A stretch of 64,000 bases of DNA from Blasia pusilla (Eukaryota). The position numbers and the translations under genes were made by a program. Under the pieces are notes generated by a model. The model had not been told where the DNA came from. It made no database searches and was given only the letters and a program-made list of their open reading frames with translations. The stretch is from NCBI GenBank assembly GCA_050084515.1, contig CM114271.1:6634001-6698000 (forward strand), given 5' to 3'. Shown here piece by piece: positions 51,011 to 64,000 of this stretch (its first letter is position 1; each line of letters begins with the position of its first letter).

Positions 51011-52914
51011 ATGTGGGATGCTATCCAAATCATTATCTTAGACCCCTTCGAATCAAAGCAAGGATGGTTTAGTAAGACATATTGTTGATTACAAGTATGG
51101 AATTATATGGACGTTCTCTATCCAAACTTATAAGGCTTGTGCAAATGCTCACTAGAAAAATAGAGGATTTCTTCTGGTACTTGTCCTTTTCAAACAGGAA
51201 GGAATTGTGAGGAAAAAGGATATAAAAAAATTCATGCTCATGGCTATCAGTCAGGCAAATGATATACGTGACAAACATTCACATTTGACGTGTTCAATGA
51301 GAGAAAATTTTCTTAGGTGAAAAGTACCTCCAAGCTAGATGTATGGCATGATGTGGTGGACTACCGTAGAAACGATGCAGCATACACATGCCCATGTACC
51401 AATGAAGGGTGTAGTTTAAGTTTGCACAACTTTGTAAATCCTTGTGGTTAATTGTGTTTCATTTTTTGGGGCTATTGCTCAAGGATTTTGGGTCGATTTT
51501 GAACCTGAAGGATCTCTAGAAATGCTTGTGGTTTATTGTATTTAGGGTCAGTGATATTTGTATTAAATAGTGATGATTACCAAAGGGCAGCCAATGAACA
51601 TCCTCAATCCTCGCAAGTTAGATGCCATATGTTGTGTGGGCATGTTGAAATGGACTTATCATCCTTCTAAAGTACACGCTTTGGAAGCAAGGTGAGAGAA
51701 TTGGAAAACTTGGTCTAGAAGCATGATGATAATGGAATATCTATTGATCAAAATAATGTAGATATACTGGAAGATATGGCAAATATGGTGAAGACTCAAT
51801 AAGCAAAACACGGTGAACCACAAAGGACCATCACCAAAGATGTTCAAGATATGATGGAGAAATGGATTGTCATAGTAGATGATGCGTAGGGCGAGATAGT
51901 ATCGAAGCCTTGGAGGGGTCTTGTACTTCCCTATTTTGAGAGGTCATATGTGACATATTCTTAGGAGGTGACCTATGAGTGTAGATCACCCTTCCCTTTA
52001 TGAGGAGTGGCAAGCTTGGAGAGGTTGATCCTACAATCCTTGTGTGCAAACACTTGGGCCTATAGGATCAAGGGTTAGTTAGTAGTTGGTCTCATGACAG
52101 GATCGCATGTGTAGTTGTTAGGGAGGTAGTACTTTGTGTATTTGAGACTGTTAGTGACCTGCTAGTAGGGAGGTTATCTGTGTGTATATGTCACCCATAG
52201 AGGTGTCCACGGGGGTATACCTTGGATGAAGCTCATTCAGAGCTCATCTTCCTTAGGATCATACATATGTTGGAATTCGTGATACAGTGCACAATGCATG
52301 TATTGAGCCTCGATTCTCTCTTGAAGAGTGGGCTAGGATTGATCGAAGATCACATACATTAAGAGTTGTTTGTAGACTTTCTCCTCTTTCTCCTACTATT
52401 AATGTAGTGCGTATCATTAATATGGATGTTTGGATGAAGCATGGTTGATTGCAGATTTCATCAGAGTTCACAATTCATATCAACTTTATATTGGGGTTGT
52501 TTAGTCATTCATGTGTAGATATGTTAGGATTCATACTGATGGATCTTAGACTTGTATGCATGACAGCCAATGCATGTTGGCAGTGATTTCTATTCTAAAC
52601 ATTTCCTTGGTGTTCCATTCCAATATATGCTCATAAAGCACTTGTTTCAACTCTTGCATAAGGATTTAGGGTCAATTTTGAACATGAAGGCTGGGATTTA
52701 GAAAAAAACTCACGATGATGATAATATTAATGATATTGCTATCCACCTCTCTAAGCCATTTGTGGGAAATGCTAAACAAGATCTTCGATATCACTGACGA
52801 TTGGATTGGCATGACTGTATGCATGAAAGATGGAGAACAAAAAATGGAGGTAGGATTCAACCTTTTGTTAAACGATATCAAGTGGAGTCCTTCTATTAGT
52901 GATACTCGGGCACT

Positions 52915-53589
52915 TCTCAAAGTGGATAGAGTTGGTTGTATTGTCTGATAAAGCAAGTGAGGGAGCAACATATACCTTCCTAGATTGAGTGTTGAATCAT
53001 TATGACATACTAGATGAGATGTTGAAAGACCAAGGTACAAAATTTTGAGGGGAATTTCAAGCCTGGTGTGATAACGCGCTAATTGAATATTGCACTACTT
53101 CAGGAGATTATCTTGAGGCGGATGGATTAGCGTAGAGAGTTGTGCAGATAGTTAAGAGAGGTTTACACAAGTATGGCTTGTAGAGAGGTCTCCTATGAGA
53201 TTGGGATGTACAATTTATGTGGTAGGCAATGAGATACGGATTGAAGTGACATGCATTCTCAACGTCTTTTTCACCATACTTATAATTGCTTTATGGCCAA
53301 GAGCTTGATTTACATGCGGCCATTCCTCGCAATGTTGGTGAGGTGTTGAATCTCGATGACCATGATATATGGATACGAGCATGTTCTCATATGAGTGAGT
53401 TATTTTTGGAGAGTTATATCCATGGCATTTGAGAACTTGATGATTACACAATATCGGGATACTTTGAGTTATGCGACTATATGAGGAGGTGATTTTTGAT
53501 CAATCATCTAGAGGTTCATCAAGAAGAATATATTTACTTGCGATAGACGATATGTACAATGTTGGACGTGCCTCAAGGCATACCATCTT
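52915..53589 (+). pseudogene. Gypsy integrase core relic, same family as 3960-4559
   Basis: Direct nucleotide similarity (aagtggatagagttggttg, gaggcggatgga, gagcatgttctcatatga). Confidence 0.88.
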
Positions 53590-56500
53590 TATTAGATTCT
53601 CAACATCCACTCCTCTGAGCACCATTGATTTGATTGGCCCCCTTGTATGAGGAGAAGCCTAGATCGATGGTTCCGACTTAGACGTCGAAGGAGTCATAGT
53701 AATAGGTGGTTTACGGAGTAGCGTTACTAGGTTTATCTAACCCTATATTGCATCAGGGTGCGGGAGAGGAGTGGATGTTGAGAATCCAATACCCCCCCTC
53801 AATATCCATTCTCATGTGGACTACTGTCTTGGACCTATGCCAAGACCCTTCAGATGTCGGTGAAGCTGATCTTCGCTCAAGGCTTTCGTGAAGATGTCTG
53901 CATGGTTATCCTCTGTTGGACAATAGACTAACTTCAAAACCTCTCTCTCGATCAATTCACGAACAAAATGGTACTGGATCTCTATATGCTTCGTACGAGC
54001 ATGAAACACAGGATTATGTGCTATGGCAATGTAACTCTGATTGTCACACCACATTATAGTAGCACTTTCTGGTGCTTCTCCTATGTCCTCCAGTATCCAT
54101 CTCAACCATACTGCTTCACAAGAAGCATAACAAGCCGTCTTGTACTGTGCCTCGGTAGAAGAAAGAGCCATTGTAGGTTGCTTCTTGTGACCCATGACAC
54201 CACACCGATCCTACCAAGAAGCAATAACTAAACTGATCTTGAGAATCTAAATCTCCGCCTAACTGAGTCACAAAACCTGTCATTTCAGTCCCTGCTCCAT
54301 AGGTGATGCCGTACTCGATAGTGCCTTTGATGTACTTCAACACACGCATCCCTGCCTTCCAATGGTTCTCACGAGGCTTAGTTGAGAACCTACTCAATAC
54401 TCCCACAGCGAAGCTAATGTGTGGTCTACTGTTACACAAAAATATCAAACTGCCTACAAGCTTTCTGTACATCTTTTCATCTACCAATGGTGAAACATCC
54501 TCCATCGAGAGTTTTAACTCTACCTCCATTGGCGAGACCACTGCCTTACACTCGGTCATCCCAAATACCTTCAAGATTTCTCTAGCATACTTCTGCTGAG
54601 AGAGAAAAATAGAATCTGACTGTTGCCAAATTTCCAGTCCTATAAAGTAGTGCAGAAGACCTAAATCTGACATTTCAAACTCAGATTCCAACACTCCCTT
54701 CATTTCCTCTATTTTCTTACTATGGTCTCCTGTGATGATCAGATCATCCACATACAAGACTATCAACATATACATCCCATCTTTGCAAAACACATACAAA
54801 TTTGCTTCTGAAGGACTCTTCATGAGACCCTTCTCTCGAAAGAATGTATATATTCGTTGATACCATACCCTTGGGGCTTGCTTCAACCCATACAATGCTC
54901 GATGAAGTAAACAAACTTTCTCTTCTGATCCGGGTGTCTCAAAACCTGGTGGTTGAGAAACATATACCTCCTCCTTGAGACTCCCATTCAGAAAAGCAGA
55001 CTTCACATCGTATTGGTATACATGCCAACGTCTTGTTCCTGCAACCGCTAGAACAATTCGAATGGTTGTCATCCTTGCAGTGAGAGCAAAAGTCTCATAG
55101 TAGTCAAAGCCTTCGATTTGTGAGCATCCTTGTGCGACCAACCTCGCTTTGAATTTATCCAATGTACCGTCCGACTTGTACTTGGTCTTGTACACCCACT
55201 TGGTGAGTATTATCTTCCTGTCCTCTGGATTTTCAACCAAAGTCCAAGTTTCATTTCTCTGAATAGCGTCCATCTCCGTATGCATGGCCTCTCTCCATTG
55301 AGGATGAGCCAGGGCCTTATCCAAGCATGATGGCTCTTCCACCTTCAAGACCTATGTCATCAGGGCCATGTTGACGAGATGTGCGGAAGCTCTATTCTGC
55401 TCCTCTAGTCTCTTGGATCTCCTTGGATGTGTAACAACTTCATCAGTTGCTAGTGGATCCTTACCATCCAAGAGCTGCTTTATCCACTTAGGGTATGACG
55501 ACCGTAGTGGAAGAGCAGGTTGCTCTTTGTAATCATCACCAAAATCTTCTTCTTGATGATCGTGTAAACATCGTGGTGTGCTCGTGGGTTATCTCTTCGT
55601 TTGATGATAATGTGGACGGACCATCGATATCCGCCACTTGACGCAGGTGTTTCTAGAACACCACGCCACGACTCACAAGCATCTTCTTTCCTCAGACACC
55701 AAAGGCGATAAGCTTTAGACTCATCATTGTATCCCATAAAGATGCACTTCTGCTCTTGACTCCAACTTGGTCCTCGATGCTTGAGTGAATATGTACAAAA
55801 CACTCACTACCAAAAGTCCTGAAATGTTGGACTGATGGTACCTTACCTGAGTATGATTGATGAGGAGTCATGCCTTGCACTGACTTGGTAGCACTTCTAT
55901 TTAGAATGTATACGGCAGTATTAACATCTTCAGCCCAAAAGCCTTCTGTCAAACCTTTTGCTTTTATCATACATCTTGCCATCTCCACCACTGTATGATT
56001 TCGACGCTCAACAACTCCATTTTGTTGTGGTGTATGTGCCGTGGTTAACTGTCGCTTGATTCCATGCTCTCCCAAATATTTGTTGAATTCTATTGATAAG
56101 AATTCTCCTCCTCGATCGGTGCGAAGCTTTTGTACCTTCTTTCCTGTCTCATTCTCAACCAGCTTGTGCCATACTTTAAATTTTCCAAAAGCACTTGCCT
56201 TATCACGAAGGAAATACACCCACATCTTCCTACTATAATCGTCGACAACTAAAAAAGAAGTAGGAAGAGTTGATACATTTCAGCATGTATCAACTCTAGA
56301 GGAGCCTTTGCCCTATTGTGGACTCTTGTGGAAATGGTTGTCGGTGTTGCTTGCCCATCATACAAGCTTCACAAGTATCCGACACTCCAGAAATTGTTGG
56401 TAAATCAGCAACCATGCCAGATTTCTGCATCTGACTTAGTAGGGGAAAGCTTAGGTGACCAAATCTTTCATGCCACAACTTACTGCTACTAAGATCTGTA

Positions 56501-58296
56501 CCTACACTTGTCGTGAAAGCATACAACTCGTAGATATTTCCACGTCGTATACCTTCACCCACTACTTTCCCATTGGCATCCTCAATGACTGCTCTAGTTT
56601 TCTTGAAACAAACTTCTAGGTCACGATCACATAATACTGCCACTGAAATCAAATTTCGCTTCAACTCTGGTACGTACAATACATCAGTTAACTTCTTTTC
56701 ATCTCCTTTTTGTGAGACTAAAGAAATTGTGCCTTTCCCTTCTACAGGGCACTTTGCATTATTCCCAACAAGAATAACGATGGGCCTCAGAGAGGTCAGA
56801 AGGAGCTATACCAATCCTTATGATTGGTCATATGCCTAGATGCTCCACTATCGAGCACCCATGCATCTTCACTCTTTGTCTTAGTGGTATGTTCTGCCTA
56901 TGTGCAGAACTCTTCTATTGCTACCCAAGCATCTACTTCATGTTCTCCCAGTTCTACATAATTTCTAGACTCCTTCTTAGGTCTTAAACAACCGTTCTTC
57001 TCATCCTGACTTCTCTTCCTACAATCTTTGATAAGATGACCTAGCTTACCACAATAAAAGCATTGAAGGATTTTCTTGGAAATTTCTTCTTGACATTTGA
57101 ACTGTAATCATGATTTCTACCTCTCTGTATGTTGGCAGTAAATGCTGCGTCACTTCCCTCTTTTGCTTTGAAGCGCATTTCCTCTTCTACCAACATTGCA
57201 CTAAATTGTTCAAAAGTAAGCGGCGTGGGTCTTACTTGAGTATTGATCTGATGACTAAATGTCATACCTTGGAGGCAAAATCCTTATGCACCGGCGTGCC
57301 AAATCTTTGCTAGACTTTGAAATTCCCACGGACGCCATCTAATCTTGAAGATTCTTGATCCTTGTCAAAAATTGCTCCGCGCTTTCTCCTTCTGAAAATT
57401 TCTCGGACGTAAGCTGATTCTCCAAATTCTGAATCCGAGTCTCATTCCTCGTTTCATACTGATTCTTCAAAATGTTCCACGCCAAAGAAAGAAGTGGTTG
57501 TATGTTGAATGAGAGTCATGACAGAATTAGTTACATTCGTGACAATCGCATATAGAGCATCAGCGTTTCTGCGTCTCCATGCCAATAATACAACATGATC
57601 GATATCCCCAGATGAAGATGAACTTGCAGAACTCAAACTAGCTTGTGGATTTGAATCGACCCCCGTGGCCGCTTTCCCGGATCTCAAATGATTCGAGAAC
57701 AGTTCTCATTTTGAACTTCCACAACGTATAGTTAGACCCATCTAACTTCCCTTCACCCGGAGGAGGGCGAGCACGAATCGACGAAGAAGTAGCCATCTCT
57801 CAAGATTTTGTGCAAACACACTAGATCGCTTGAGATACAAAATCTGGAAAAACCTCATCGCTCGATACCATGTGAGAAAAGAAAGTGACTAAATCTGAAA
57901 TCTTTACAAAACTTAGAGATACAAAGTGGCCTAAATCCGTCGTGCGCTCATAGAAGAGCTGATGGAATTGAATCGGGAGATAACTCGACATACGAGAATA
58001 GCTACATTTGCGGCTCCCGACTATTTGACTACTCCGGGAAAACTAGGGTTTTTACCTATTTTTTTTCGTTTCTATTAATAGGCAAAATTTTTCTATTAAT
58101 AGAAACGAATAAAAATAGGTAAATAGTAGTCAAATATTCGGGAGCCGCAGCGGTAGCGTATTCTCGTATGTCGAGTTATCTCCCAGTTCAGGTTCCATCG
58201 AAGCTCTTCTGTGAGCGCACGGACGGACTAGGCCACTTTGTATCTCTAAGTTTTGTAAAGATTTCAGTGATTTAGTCACTTTCTGCTTTTCTCACA
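53590..58296. mobile_element. Ty1/Copia element with 5-bp TSD (ATCTT) and inverted interior
   Basis: ATCTT at 53585-53589 and 58297-58301. Outer LTR parts in + orientation. Met-type PBS (57859-57870), gag-pol and PPT (53792-53800) on the minus strand. Confidence 0.9.
53821..57796 (-). pseudogene. Copia gag-pol (gag, CCHC, PR, IN, RT, RNase H)
   Basis: CFYCGKLGHLIKDC, WVLDSGASRHMT, LWHERFGH, LRTDRGGEF, PQQNGVVERRN, KARLVAQG, LYGLKQAPR, LYVDDL, HARTKHIE; frameshifted. Confidence 0.95.
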
Positions 58297-58595
58297 ATCT
58301 TGAGAGTGAATGATGTCTTGCCATGTGGTGTTGTCGTATTGGAGGGATGCGATGGTACGATTTGTAAGGACCATGTGCATAACTCTGCGCCATGCTACCT
58401 TCCTAATATTTACGATAGATTTGATCCAAGATTAGCAATAGTTCCTTTAGGCTTGCATTCTATGTTGTGTGGGATTCTATGTAGTGTAGCCACTAAGCTA
58501 GTATGTGATGGCTGTTCGAGAGACTGGCATATGGTTTGTCTGACGCCACCTCTCACTAGGATTCTTGGGGGACGATGAATGTGCTCCAAATGTAA
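58297..58595 (+). pseudogene. Continuation of the Gypsy integrase C-terminus ending in a PHD finger
   Basis: LCG...LVCDGCSRDWHMVCLTPPL..I.GGR*MCSKC (C4HC3 pattern); joins to 53589 across the TSD. Confidence 0.82.
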
Positions 58596-58636
58596 ATAGA
58601 GTAGATACTAGGTAGTCATAGATCTAGAATTGTGTT

Positions 58637-62110
<3,474 letters not shown>

Positions 62111-64000
62111 TCGCCATGGATGGTGAACATGGAGCTGAACCTATCTTCCTCGTGCTCTTAGTGAGCCAAAAATTCTTCTATAGTGGAGCCTTATTTTTGT
62201 GATGTGTTTAAATCTTTGTGAAGCGTTCGGAGGATGCCTGCATGGCCAAACAGTTTTGTAGACACTCTAAAGACGGCTGGTTTCAAGAACATTGCTATCC
62301 CGGGCGGCATGCCTTGCCTCCATGTTCATGGGGATAGTGGCTTAAGCGATCTCAACAAAATCCTCTTCTTTGTCAGAGTCATTGGAGTTAATAATCTCCA
62401 TATCTAGACCTTCTTCCACATATGGAAACCACTCAAAGGAAAACATGGAATGGAATAGGGATGTGTTTAAAGGAAGGTGCAAAGTGGATATTGCACACTC
62501 AATTCAAAGCTTAAGTAACCAAAACTCAACCTTGAACCAACCTACCGCATGATTGCATCAACTAGGCTGTCTGTGTCACTTTCTCTCTCATTTTGGCGAG
62601 TATCACAAGTTTACTCTTCTTTTTCCAAAATTTGTAATTATATTTAAACCTTGGGAGATAGTACTACTCACTATTGTACTAGGCATATCGATAGGATTGA
62701 CACATGCCATTGAAGAAAATAATGGCATCTCAACCTGTTGATGTTTAGTCCCCAATGTGAGATCCTAACGATAAGGTTCATGCCTATCTATCACCGACAT
62801 TGCAAATAAGTGATGGAATGTCGTGAAACATCTCCAACATGGCTTGATGAAATTTGTCCATGGGGATGGCCAAAGGAAGAAGCTTCCGACCACACTCAAT
62901 ACATGCCTTGACAATAGTGTGACAATAGTAGGGCCCATAAGTGCGCCCTTAAGTTCCTCTTTGGCCTTGTCAAATTCATTGACTCGGGCTAAGCATGCCC
63001 ATGATGTTTATTGGGTTCTAGCATCCTATGGGCCTCAAATGCAATAACAAGGTTAGTCATTGCAAGCATGGGGACGTGAGAGCCTATGACCTTTCAAGCA
63101 TGTTCTTTGGCTTTGTTCAAGACAACCTCTTTTGGTAGGCCCACAATTGCAAGATTGTGCCCCTAACTTTGATATTGGCATCGGATGGCACGGCATATGT
63201 ATCTGTATGGAATGCACTTTGGGGTGAGAAAAATGAAAGACACGGCCCAAAAGTTCACTTTCAAACTAAATGACAACCCTAATATGGCATATGCCTAGTT
63301 TAGCCATAAATTGACTATGGAAATGCAACACAAACTACCCTCATCTTCGTCTTCATCTTCTTCACCTTCGGTATTTGCTTCCACCTTTTTTTTCTGAGTG
63401 TGCTGAGGTGTTCCAGACAAAGGCCTTAACCAATGGCCAACAATATGCAAATTGAAAGTCTCTAGCAATCGGAAATATTCAATGAACTTCGAGCACAAGC
63501 CAATTTCTTGTGCTCAATGGAATATCAATAATGCACCCAATTCCCTGGCTTTCTGCTGGAAGGAGGTTTGAGATGCAGGTTTCTCTAGAGCAGGTGGGCT
63601 CTTGCTCATGAATGCAGAAAACATACTAAGATTATGAAAAAGAATACTATCTTTCTCCACTTCTCCCTTAAAAAATAACATCGAGGTAAGTACATTAACA
63701 CACATACACAGAAGAAAATATCTTTACTTTTGATAACAAGCATACGTTGCTAATTCAGTACGACCAAAATAACGGAAAGACAAACTTGGGTGCGTCAATA
63801 AGTACAAAATAACATCTTAGCGTATGTAGGTACTGTTTGTTTAGCAAAATAATAGCCAAGCGGTTTAGAGATGAAGGAGCATGGCCTACAACAATGTCAA
63901 CTATGAATACAATCTACCTCGTTTACATCATGGGCTCAAGGACCATGTAAAAGCATATCTATCCTTAGACAAATAAAAAAAATCCAACATGTATTTGCTA

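Overview
Eukaryotic plant nuclear DNA made almost entirely of nested, decayed transposons around one intact-looking host gene, a 5-exon Rho/ROP GDP-dissociation inhibitor (37193-39269, +). The gene and TE content suggest a non-seed land plant such as a bryophyte; that is inference only. Left to right: (1) a Ty3/Gypsy pol relic with a DNMT3-like C5-cytosine methyltransferase between protease and RT; (2) a ~13 kb Mutator-like element (MULE-1) with divergent genes, a MULE/SWIM transposase (-) and an accessory gene (+) with a ParB/Srx-like DGNHR domain plus a beta-class N4/N6 amino-methyltransferase-like domain, whose introns and promoter region hold ~35-40 copies of one 27-bp palindrome; (3) a ~15.4 kb TIR-bounded MuDR-like element (MULE-2) with its own dispersed GGCTATTC motif arrays and a captured fragment of the Pol IV/V second subunit (NRPD2/NRPE2-like); (4) the RopGDI gene; (5) AT-rich Copia/CACTA debris, a Copia element with an ATCTT TSD and an inverted interior sitting inside a PHD-bearing Gypsy integrase, and a truncated Gypsy element. 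The best candidate for an undescribed system is the MULE-1 ParB-methyltransferase gene with its parS-like palindrome arrays. All domain calls are by-eye motif recognition, not database searches.
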